The notes below the pieces were generated by a model. The model searched no databases. It was given only the letters and a program-made list of their open reading frames with translations, and was not told where the DNA came from. Shown in pieces: positions 13,410-23,599 of a stretch of 64,000 bases of DNA (position 1 is its first letter; every line of letters starts with the position of its first letter). The DNA lies in contig NC_091477.1 of assembly GCF_036971445.1 (NCBI RefSeq), forward strand, positions 11,966,001 through 12,030,000. Reading direction: 5' to 3'. Made by a program: the position numbers and the translations under genes. The stretch is from Narcine bancroftii (taxonomy: Eukaryota).

Positions 13410-13775
13410 TTGTGGCCAAGTTAGTGGCACTTCTATCAGAGTCAGATGTTTCTGATTTCAAGTTCATCTTTAGGGATCTGAGCAGAGAAATCCAAGCTAA
13501 CACTGCATGCAATACTGGGGGAGTGCTGCATTGTTGGCAGTGCTGCTTTCATGATGAAGGGTTACACTGAGCTTGTAGTGCATACAGAGATCCAATGGCC
13601 ATATTCTGAAGAGGAGCAGGGGCCTGCTATCGCTGATTGATTGTGAGAATTTACTGCGAACGAATTGGTTGCCACATTAGCAGTAACTACTCTTCCACAG
13701 AATTTTAACTGGCTGTAAAATGCAATAGGGTATTCAAAGGCCTTGATAGGACACTTTATGAAAATGCATATAATT
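13410..13775 (+). mobile_element. Ancient Deu-domain-type SINE (SacSINE1/AmnSINE1-like)
   Basis: Degenerate tRNA-like head, GGGGAGTGCTGCATTGTTGG, AGATCCAATGGC..GAAGAGGAGCAGGGG and an L2-like tail (CAGTAACTAC..TGGCTGTAAAATGC). Recognised by eye. Confidence 0.6.
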
Positions 13776-14618
13776 TTCCTGCCTACACTCAAGTTTTTTT
13801 TTTTATAAATGCATTGAGTAATAATCTGAATCCTAGCCCCTGGGAGAAACTGCAGTTGTTATATCTCCAGTTTTTAAAAAAACCATTAACCATGATTTTC
13901 CATTTCTGGTCTTTGACCATATATTCTATTCTGTATATATGCCTAAAGGGATTAATAAACTACCTGTGTCACAACTTATTAAAAGGCTTTATTAAAAATT
14001 GAATAGTATTTATTGTTTTTGCTCTGACATTATTGCTTAAAAGCCACTTCCATGAGATTATTTTGCGACTCATTACTTTTGTGAAGTAAATTAGACTGGG
14101 GGAAAAAAAGTTATAAAAGCTGAAGATGCCAATTCCATCTGATTTTTTGGTTGCCTATTTTGCATTAGCAAAGGGATTTTTTTTCCATGAGGAAATGTCT
14201 GAGTAATTTTACCGTAGTTTCCAAAACGTATCCAGAGCATAAACATCTACATAATTTGGCATGAATGTGATACCCTTGCTCAGATATGAAAAAAATGAAA
14301 ATATCACATGGATGGGACATGGTTGAGGTTGGAGGTGGCACTGATAGTTTTCTCAAGTGGAATCCATGGTTAATATTGAGCCCAACAAATGCAGATCACC
14401 ACTGACCAAAAATATATCACATGATCACAAATGGTAGATGATGTTTGTCACTGGACCTATGGAAGTTTAAGAATTATAAGCAATAATCACTTCTTTACAC
14501 GAGTTTTATTCTGGAGTGAATGTAATGTCTTTAGCAATTAAAACCTCTGGTCAGCTAAATATGATAGAGGTTTTAGGATCCAAGAAATAATTAGCCACTG
14601 CATCCTGCTATATATATA

Positions 14619-14720
14619 TGCCTGTCCTGCATCAGACTTGTCAGCCACAAACGAGCCTGCAGCTGACGTGGACATTACCCCTCCATAAATCTTCATCCAC
14701 GAAGCCAAGCCAAAGAAGAA
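14619..14720 (+). mobile_element. Short RTE 3' end fragment
   Basis: Matches 4711-4815 including the GCCAAGCCAAAGAAGAA tail; inserted in an (AT)n run. Confidence 0.85.
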
Positions 14721-15787
14721 TATATTGCACCACCTTCTATACTCAAGTATGAGTTGATTTGCCTGTAAGCATTTCATTGCATCTTGATACACATGACAAT
14801 TCATTCAAACCTGGTTCAGAAATTTAGACAGATTACCATTTGTCCTATCAAATAATTCTAGAGTCTTCATGATTAACTATGAAGACCACAACTGATGGTT
14901 GGTATTGATATTATGAGCTTTACAAAAAAATGAAAGATCAGCCTACCTTTACTAAGTTTCTCTAATGAGAAAAATTTTGATCAATGAGAAAATAAAAGGG
15001 GATACTTAAGCTAAAGTTCAATGGTAACGTGGCAACCCCTCCAGCAGAGAAGAGTGTTTTACAATCACTAACCCAATAGGAAGCATTTTAGAAATGCACA
15101 CTCTGTAAGAGTACAGAACTGATCATTTGTTTTGCTGATGTGTAGACTCAATAGTAAATGGTACTCTGTGACAAAGTGTTGGATGTAGTGAAAATAAATA
15201 TATTCCAACAAGACATCACAATGACAAAGTGACAAGATAATTTCCATCGACTTTATTGGACTAAAGATTCCCTATTTTTTTTAAAAAAACAAGGAGAACA
15301 CATCTTGCAAGTAGTATGCAAAACAGAGGAATGTTTTAAGCAATAGATTGGTATTGTGTTTTATTCAATGCAAATTCAGTTCAGTGGATAACATTTGAGT
15401 CTAGCTGTTGATAAAGAGTTCAGATAGAAGAGTTTGCCAAGTGAGATGTGCTCATCTAATTAGACACGTTGTGTCATTAATGAAACAGACTTGTTGAAAA
15501 CTAGGCATTAATCCATCTGGTGGCTTGATACCACGTGCTGCTTGTTCAATCCTCAGATTTTTCAGAAATAATTTGGAGTAAAGGCCAAGCTCATCATTTG
15601 CTTGTCACCATCCACGGTAACAACTATTAGTCGAGCAGTTAATCCCATTGCTGGGCTTCAGCAGCAACATTTTGACAACTGGGTGGGATTTCAAGTTGAT
15701 TTCCCACCCTCCCATACTGCTCTTGCATAACTAGTGATTTCGGGTTCGCTGCATTGCCGCAAACATTTCAGTGTTTGTAAATAATAC

Positions 15788-15918
15788 CTTTAAAATTCGG
15801 CCTGATCCTGGCATCGTATCCTGATGTCCTGCCCATCAGCTTGTCCAAAAAATCCGACGGAGACGGGGGTTTGGTGGCAGCTCTCGCAGCTTGTACCTCC
15901 TTAGCCTCGGCCAAACAA
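15788..15918 (-). CDS. GLRA1: Glycine receptor alpha-1 subunit, coding exon 2 (131 nt)
   Basis: Encodes (S)[43 protein letters not shown](G), the hallmark GlyR alpha N-terminus. Polypyrimidine tract plus AG acceptor at 15920-15919 and GT donor at 15787-15786. Phase is compatible with exon 1. Confidence 0.96.
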
Positions 15919-17695
15919 CTGCGTGAAGGGACACAGACAAGAAAAGTCAAATCAAAAGGACGCCCCGAAAAGCAGTCACAAAACTTGCAAATAAAATCTA
16001 AACAACATTAATATTAGTATCAACGTCATGCAGAATATCGCAGTTCGTAAAACAAAACGTGGGCGTCCATAATCCCAATAGTTTTTTTTTTAACCTTAGT
16101 GAGAAGATATTGAATTTATTAAGATCTTGCTGTTCGCCTCTAACACAAATATATATATTTCCAGACCTCACAAGGTGTCACTTGATTTACAAACACCTGG
16201 TCGATGGAGCTTTCGGAAAGGAAGTCATTGCCACTAATATTTGGGACCATTAACGAGCTGGTTAATAATTGCTATTCTGCACGGGCTATACGAACATCAG
16301 GGCACATTCCCCCATGTTCAACAGCCTGAATCCACGACTCGCTCGAGTCTAAATACGAATCGAGGTCATTACTATTTGTTAGAGTTTATTTTAATTGGAA
16401 ACTGCCCGGATTTGACTAACTGTACACACTAAACGAGAGTTATTATGGAGCTTCAGTCTACGGTTATGCAACAGTCTGACCGAGAATGTGCAACATTCTA
16501 TTCCAAAAATATACGGTATACCCGAAGCACAACTTATTTCCCAAATAATAAAACAATCGTAGTTCTCCATTTCAAATGAGAAACCCTGGGAGAGATTTCA
16601 TTTTTACCAGAGGGTGCATACCTCAGTGTTTAGAGACCAATAGGTCTTGATCACCAGGGTTAACATCAAATTGCAAATCCAAAATGCACACTATTCCAGA
16701 TAATGTTGATGACTTCCCCACCAAATGTTTCACCTATATTTTCGGAGAGGCAGATGGGCAAGTAAAGGGGCGCTACCTCTCAAACGCCTTCTCCTAGCGC
16801 GTTACACACCGGGTGCCTTTAAATTGCAGCACGAGTATCAATGCGTTATTTGCCCCATTTGAAGTCAATCTTGTCCAAGGATTGCCACAAAATGATCAAT
16901 TGGAGATGAAAAATCAGACAACGCCTGTCCGATGGAGAGGGTCAAGAAGACGCTGGCTTTATTTTTAATTTCTTAATTGACGATGCGAAGGAATAATCAA
17001 GGTTTTTTTTTAAAAAAACGAACGATCAGCCTCGTTGAACCAAGTACAGCTTCCAGTTGACGCAAGAAACACTAAAACTTTCACATGCACATTCCAGAAA
17101 ACAAGCCCGTTGCACCAGAACATGTTGCCAAAAACAAAAGGATTATTGCTACGGAATTTAACATAATTAGGGTTAATTTCACCGAATGTACTCTTGAGGG
17201 TTGCAAAATCCGATTAATGAAAAAGTGTTTTAGACCACTGTCCACGTAATTAATTCAACAGCAAGAAGGGGCACGAAGTATTCCTTTTGAAGATTTTTTT
17301 TGTAAGGAGTTCCATACACAGTTGACATGTGGCGCAGTTCATGTCCCACCGATAGTTGGCGGTGTTGCCCACCGAGCAACACTCGACTGGCAGCTTCGCC
17401 GAGCCACAGATCACTGCGGTCTAATCCAATGCAGCACAATTAATATTGTGGCTTTGGCTGCACGGTCAGAAAACCGAAACGAGCTTACGGTCGTGTCCTT
17501 TAATGGTGATTCGGTAAAGTAAATCTCTTGAAACGGGCACCGTTCTCAATCGGAGAAAGAACAATAATCCTTTATCTTTTCTTCGAGATCAGAATTTTGT
17601 CCAGCAATCACGCATAGCTTTTGTATTCATTAAACCGGCTAGTTTTCATACTGCGAGTTATTTCAGTTATGGTAACAGTGCAAAGGCGACCTTAC

Positions 17696-17751
17696 CTGAA
17701 AAATACGATGGTCTCCCACAGGTAGAGGCGCAGAGCGGCTAAGCTGTGCAT
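17696..17751 (-). CDS. GLRA1: Glycine receptor alpha-1 subunit, coding exon 1 (56 nt, signal peptide)
   Basis: ATG at 17751 encodes MHSLAALRLYLWETIVFF, then AG|GTAAG donor. LRLYLWETIVFF matches the GLRA1 signal peptide (human MYSFNTLRLYLWETIVFFS), which identifies the paralog. Confidence 0.95.
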
Positions 17752-17804
17752 CTTTGAAGCCTGGACGATGTTAGAAAGTATTGTTGATGCAGGAGTCCAA
17801 TGGT

Positions 17805-17940
17805 NNNNNNNNNNNNNNNNNNNNNNNNNNNNNNNNNNNNNNNNNNNNNNNNNNNNNNNNNNNNNNNNNNNNNNNNNNNNNNNNNNNNNNNNNNNNNNNN
17901 NNNNNNNNNNNNNNNNNNNNNNNNNNNNNNNNNNNNNNNN
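17805..17940. other. Assembly gap (136 N) in the GLRA1 5' UTR region
   Basis: Run of N. Confidence 0.99.
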
Positions 17941-17989
17941 CAAGATCTCGATTCTTTTAGCGTCCTGGGATAGGTAATAACGTGATGTT

Positions 17990-18010
17990 TTCAGCACCCT
18001 GGACAGGTCC
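17990..18010 (+). promoter_or_regulatory. RE1/NRSE (REST binding site) in the GLRA1 5' region
   Basis: TTCAGCACCCTGGACAGGTCC vs consensus TTCAGCACCnnGGACAGnGCC. Both half-sites and the 2-bp spacer are intact. Confidence 0.88.
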
Positions 18011-18479
18011 ACTCCTGGAGCGATTGATGTTTGCTCGCCCCAGCAAAGGGAGCCCACTCGCTCCCCTTTCCCAAATGATTATGACATTAAAAATGCTATT
18101 GATTTTTTTTTATTTTTAAAGAAAGATTTCCACAAGTTTTCTCCTCCCAGAGCAGCTGCTTTGCCGTCCTCCAGTTCTAAAAGTCTTTAGCGAAGGGAGA
18201 TCCATCCAAAGATGTTCGCTATGGCTCTGGATTCAGACATAGCCACGGCTGTTCCAGGTAACATTTAGGAGTTTCAAGGCTCTTGTTCCAGCAAAAAAAA
18301 ATGCAACCCCGATATTATTGCTGATGTCAAAAAAAGTCCCATCGCCCGGGGTTATTGAAGAGAAGAAGCCGAGAGGAGGTTTCATGGCATTTGCTGTTGG
18401 TGGGGCTCTGACTCCTTCGCTTTCCTATTTGCCCTACATTACTGTTGGCGGTTGAGTTATGATGGTTTTTTTTACCCAC

Positions 18480-18790
18480 TGCAGTAATTCTCAACTCTCA
18501 TGTTCCCAAAAAACTTCATCTCGCTCACTCCGCCCCCTTCGCCCGCTCCCATTGGATCGCGCACTGGGTTGACCGGTTTGGAAAAGCTCATTCGGCGTCG
18601 GGCGGACACTGCACTCTGGGAGTTGGAGTGCGCAGTCGGACTGGGCTTCCTTCCATCAAGGGCCGGCGCCGAGGACGCCGGAACTCCACCTCCCAAGACT
18701 CCGAACGGCCGGGGCTCCGGCTGCAAACCCGAGTCCGCTCTGCAGCGGGGCGCAGATGGAGTTGACTCGTGTGACGTTCCTTGAACTTTC
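18480..18790. promoter_or_regulatory. GC/CpG-rich promoter region upstream of GLRA1
   Basis: High GC and CpG density; GC box CCGCCCC near 18530, ATTGG (CCAAT on minus) at 18551-18555, CRE half-site TGACGT near 18772. TSS not determinable. Confidence 0.65.
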
Positions 18791-19499
18791 CACTTCCCAG
18801 TGAAAGAAGCACCCGAAGCTATAGGTTCAGTTTAATGGTGGGTAAGTTGGAGGATTGAATGTTCTCTGCAAATCTCCTCTTGGTTTTAGCGGGGAAAGAA
18901 TGAACTCGGGTTAGTTTCACCAGGGAAGCTCCACCCTACCACTGTTTTGAAGATCGGTGCCTTGGTGGGATGAGGTGTCGGGGAAAGGAACGCGGCGACT
19001 TTGGTTTCACGGCGATGGAATGTGCATTTGGCTGGAATGGCTTCACTCAATGGTCATCGAGAGTGATGTTAATCTTCGGCATTGGGATGGGGTGTAACTG
19101 CAGCCGTTCAAACCCACTTGCCTGGAAGGTGTTAACATTTGATCTGAGAGAGAATCTCCATAGGTCTGGAGTAATAGGCCTGGAAGCTTGTGCTGAGAGG
19201 AGTGACTTTATTGGGGGTTTAAAATCCCATTCCCGGAATTTTTTTTAAAGGCACACAGTCTACCTTGCGATTTTAGTTTGTCGTGTGGCAAAACGCTTAA
19301 AAAAACCCTATCGTTTGGCAGAACAGCACAGCGACTAGATATTGATGTGTGCTTGATTCATTTAAATGTGTGAACCGTGCGCTAAGAAGCGTGTCTCTTA
19401 AATGCAGATCACATTTTCTCGGCAGATTTCCCACACATCAGTGTTTTTGTTTGTTTAATGGCATATTGGATGAAAAGTTTGTAACTTGCTTCTTTTGCA

Positions 19500-19948
19500 A
19501 CTCTCTCTCGATAAGGCAAGATGCATGCCACGTTAAAAATTAGTGGCATCTCTCTCTCTCTCTCTCTCTCGATAAGGCAAGGTGCATGCCACGTTAAAAA
19601 TTACTGGCATCTCTCTCTATCTCTCCCTCGATAAGGCAAGGTGCATGCCACGTTAAAAATTAGTGGCAACTCTCTCTCTCTCTCCCTCGATAAGGTAAGG
19701 TGCATGCCACGTTAAAAATTGGTGGCAATTCTCTCTCTCTCGATAAGGCAAGGTGCATGCCACGTTAAAAATTAGTGGCATCTCTCTCTATCTCTCCCTC
19801 GATAAGGTAAGGTGCATGCCACGTTAAAAATTGGTGGCAATTCTCTCTCTCTCTCTCGATAAGGTAAGGTGCATGCCACGTTAAAAATTGGTGGCAATTT
19901 TCTCTCTCTCTCGATAAGGTAAGGTGCATGCCACGTTAAAAATTAGTG
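19500..19948. repeat. Minisatellite, 8 units of ~53-61 bp with an embedded (CT)n
   Basis: Unit (CT)n-CGATAAGG[C/T]AAGGTGCATGCCACGTTAAAAATT[A/G]GTGGCA. Confidence 0.95.
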
Positions 19949-20402
19949 AGATACACATGAATTAAAGTGGCATTGTGGAGCATGACTTTTACATGGAAAG
20001 TTAACTCCTGTGATTTGTTTAAAGATGTAAATACTGGGAGGCCCTGAAAAGATGGCGTGATCTGCTTAAACCCCTCGAATCTCTGCCCAAAACAGAAAGT
20101 GGTGCAAGTACCACTAGGTTCTTCTGTATTTGAGGAGAGAGAAGTAAATGCTTCAGGCCTAAGACTTTCAACCTGACGGTTCTGTTTTTTTAAAAAAAAA
20201 AGTTTTAATTTAGAACATTAACTCTTTCCACAGAAGCTACCTGAATTGTTGAGAATTTCCAGTATTTTGTTACAGATCTGCAGCTTTTAAAAAAAAAAAA
20301 TCGTCATTTGCCCACACATCTGTGAACACTGCTGCATGTGGGTATTCAGACCAGCTGCTAACCTGGGTGACAAGCTGACCTGTGTTTGATTACCTGCCTC
20401 TT

Positions 20403-21354
20403 CCTACCCCACCCTGCCCCCTACCCCACCCTGCCCCCTACCCCACCCTGCCCCCTACCCCACCCTGCCCCCTACCCCACCCTGCCCCCTACCCCACCCT
20501 GCCCCCTACCCCACCCTGCCCCCTACCCCACCCTGCCCCCTACCCCACCCTGCCCCCTACCCCACCCTGCCCCCTACCCCACCCTGCCCCCTACCCCACC
20601 CTGCCCCCTACCCCACCCTGCCCCCTACCCCACCCTGCCCCCCTACCCCACCCTGCCCCCCTACCCCACCCTGCCCCCCTACCCCACCCTGCCCCCCTAC
20701 CCCACCCTGCCCCCCTACCCCACCCTGCCCCCCTACCCCACCCTGCCCCCCTACCCCACCCTGCCCCCCTACCCCACCCTGCCCCCCTACCCCACCCTGC
20801 CCCCCTACCCCACCCTGCCCCCCTACCCCACCCTGCCCCCCTACCCCACCCTGCCCCCCTACCCCACCCTGCCCCCCTACCCCACCCTGCCCCCCTACCC
20901 CACCCTGCCCCCCTACCCCACCCTGCCCCCCTACCCCACCCTGCCCCCCTACCCCACCCTGCCCCCCTACCCCACCCTGCCCCCCTACCCCACCCTGCCC
21001 CCCTACCCCACCCTGCCCCCCTACCCCACCCTGCCCCCCTACCCCACCCTGCCCCCCTACCCCACCCTGCCCCCCTACCCCACCCTGCCCCCCTACCCCA
21101 CCCTGCCCCCCTACCCCACCCTGCCCCCCTACCCCACCCTGCCCCCCTACCCCACCCTGCCCCCCTACCCCACCCTGCCCCCCTACCCCACCCTGCCCCC
21201 CTACCCCACCCTGCCCCCCTACCCCACCCTGCCCCCCTACCCCACCCTGCCCCCCTACCCCACCCTGCCCCCCTACCCCACCCTGCCCCCCTACCCCACC
21301 CTGCCCCCCTACCCCACCCTGCCCCCCTACCCCACCCTGCCCCCCTACCCCACC
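20403..21354. repeat. C-rich/G-rich VNTR: about 14 x 17-mer then about 40 x 18-mer
   Basis: (CCTACCCCACCCTGCCC)n switching near 20635 to (CCCTACCCCACCCTGCCC)n. Confidence 0.97.
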
Positions 21355-21464
21355 AGCTGTTCTTTTCCATGGGAGATGCAACTTGCAATCCAGCAAGCAG
21401 TTTGGATGTGTAAAGCATGCAGGTTACGTTTCAAAGCTCTAAAATGGGAACAATTAATGATGCC

Positions 21465-21895
21465 AATTGGCTTATCATAGCAACAGATCTACAGTAGATG
21501 CCATCCCACAGACACTGTACAAAGTCCTGGAACATCTGGACAGTAAAGATGCATACATTACAATGGTCTTTATTGACTGCATTTTGGCATTTAACATCAT
21601 CATCCCCTCAAAACTTTTCTGCAACCTCCATGACCTGGAACTCAACACTCCACTGTGTAATTAGATTCTTGATTTCCTCATATACAGAGCACAATCAGTG
21701 AGGATGGGTAAGAACATCTCCTCCACAATCTCCATCAGTACCGGAGCACAACTGTTTACAAGTTGTGTAAATTGTGTACAAGTTTTTTTTATGCTCTACA
21801 AATAAGTGATAATTCTGCCTTTCCTGCAGGAAAAAGAATCTCCGGGTTGTATGTGATGCCACGTATGTCCTCTGACAACAAATCTGAATCTTAAA
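21465..21895 (+). mobile_element. Rex1/Babar-like LINE fragment, internally deleted
   Basis: AYHSNRSTVDAI..FIDCILAFNIIIPSKL..LCN RT motif and a TGACAACAAATCTGAATCTT tail. Confidence 0.75.
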
Positions 21896-21974
21896 GTAAG
21901 TGACTGTATATGCTGACATATATGGCCAATATGTTCATGATCATTCCACTTCCAGAGGAAATTGTTTATCCCTT

Positions 21975-22332
21975 GTTTATGAAAGGGATAGACAGAGTGG
22001 ATGTGGATAGACTATTTACGTTAAAAGGAGGAAAGATTAAAACAAGAGGACAAGAGTTAAGAATTAAGGGGCAGAGGTTTAGAGGTAACATGAGGGGGAA
22101 CTTCTTTACTCAGAGAGTGGTAGCCGTGTGGATTGAGCTTCCGGGAGAAATAGTGGCGGCGGAGTCAATTGTATTATTTAAGAAAAGGTTGGACAGGTAT
22201 ATGGATGAGAAGAAGATGGAGGGTTATGGGCATTGTGCAGGGAGGTGGGACTAGAGAGGGGTGTTTGGTTTGGTGCGTACTAGAAGGGCCTAATGGCCTG
22301 TTTCCGTGCTGTAATTGTTATGTTATGTTATA
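21975..22332 (+). mobile_element. CR1 LINE 3' end
   Basis: MKGIDRVD..TRG..RGNFFTQRVVAVW..FKKRLDRYM; (GTTAT)n tail. Confidence 0.85.
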
Positions 22333-22386
22333 AGATGGCTTGCATATTTTTAACCAGCATTAGAAGTAGGAGTAGTTCCTCTAGAC

Positions 22387-22714
22387 TAGTGGTTCTCAAC
22401 CTTTATTCTTTCCACTCTCATCCCACTTTAAGTAATCCCTATGCCATAGGGAAAAAGTTTGAAAACCACTGTTTGAATCGTACCTAATTGACTCGTTATG
22501 TGCGTGGTCTCATAACTCCAAAGGAAATGGGCCAATGACAATTTTTCTCAAGCAAACTTTTTCAGTAACAGTTGGGTCTAGAGCAGTGATTCTCAATCTT
22601 CCCTTCCCACTCACATCCCACCTCAAGCAATCCCTTACTAATCACAGAGCACCGATGGCATAGGGAATACTTAAAGTGGTATGTGAGTGGAAAGCAAAAG
22701 GTTGAGGACAACTG
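22387..22714. mobile_element. Composite hAT-Charlie-like MITE (two palindromic units around a 112-bp spacer), copy 1
   Basis: Units 22387-22471 and 22584-22714 each have CAGTG..CTG-type TIRs; outer 8-bp TSD CTCTAGAC / TTCTAGAC. Confidence 0.85.
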
Positions 22715-23599
22715 TTCTAGACTGCTTCAACATTCAATGAGCTCACTGCTGATCTGATTGTATTCCCAAATCCTCCAGACCTTTTGATACCTTCTGACTT
22801 TCCCCTAAGCTCCCACCATCACACAAGTCACTCTCGATTTCAATTCACTCTCAAGATGTCAATAAAGAGATGGGAGCACTGGATGCAATAATGTCAAGGG
22901 ACCAGATAGTATTGCCAGTTATAATACTGAAGCCTTAATTCCTTTGCTTTATTACAACCTACCTAGTCTTCTCAAATATACTTAATGGCTACTTTCAATG
23001 CCTTTTGAGAAGAGTCCAAAAGCTCTTGACCCACTGATTTAATAAAAACATCACCTCATCTCTGTCTTGTATAAGGTAGCCCCTTAATTTTTAGATTCCC
23101 TAATTCTAGATTCAACCACAACACAAAACATCCTCTTCCCATCCACCTGGTTAAGACCCATCAGGATCCATCAAAATCTTTTTAATGATCAAATACCATC
23201 ATTAGATCTCCACTTGACGTGCTCAGTTCAAAACCATTCCAGCTGCTATGTAAATAAACCACTTTACCCCAAGCATTGTATTGGTGTATCTCCTATTATA
23301 TAAGGCTTTGGCATCTTTTTGAATGAGCCATGAATTTGGAATTATACCTTGGCTGAATATATGGGCAGGCCAAGGTAAAATGTATTACACGCATGAGAAA
23401 ATATCACGTCCTTGGACTAACATCTTTTCAGTTCAGTTTGGCATGGGCTTTAAATGGAAGACTAGAGAGTTGGCAAACACTTTTTGTTGAATAAATGCAG
23501 GAGCCATTGACAGAATCAACCTTTTTTTGGTGATGGTGAATTAATGGAAAAAAGAGAAGGGGGTATAAACTAACAGTGACAGATGCATAGGTTAATGAA

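Noticed and set aside
15400-15425. GLRA1 exon 3 candidate (LFINS on minus)
   Set aside because: In-frame stop follows immediately, with no PPVNV or FGSI context. Exon 3 appears to lie outside the window.
17692-18057. 121-aa ORF as an extended GLRA1 N-terminus
   Set aside because: It crosses the N gap and starts at a non-ATG codon. The ATG at 17751 matches the known start and the 56-nt coding exon.
19500-19948. CRISPR-like array
   Set aside because: Eukaryotic context, and the variable part is just (CT)n rather than unique spacers.
20382-21480. Long Pro-rich and Gly-rich ORFs (262-364 aa)
   Set aside because: Translations of the stop-poor 17/18-bp VNTR on both strands; no evidence of a gene.
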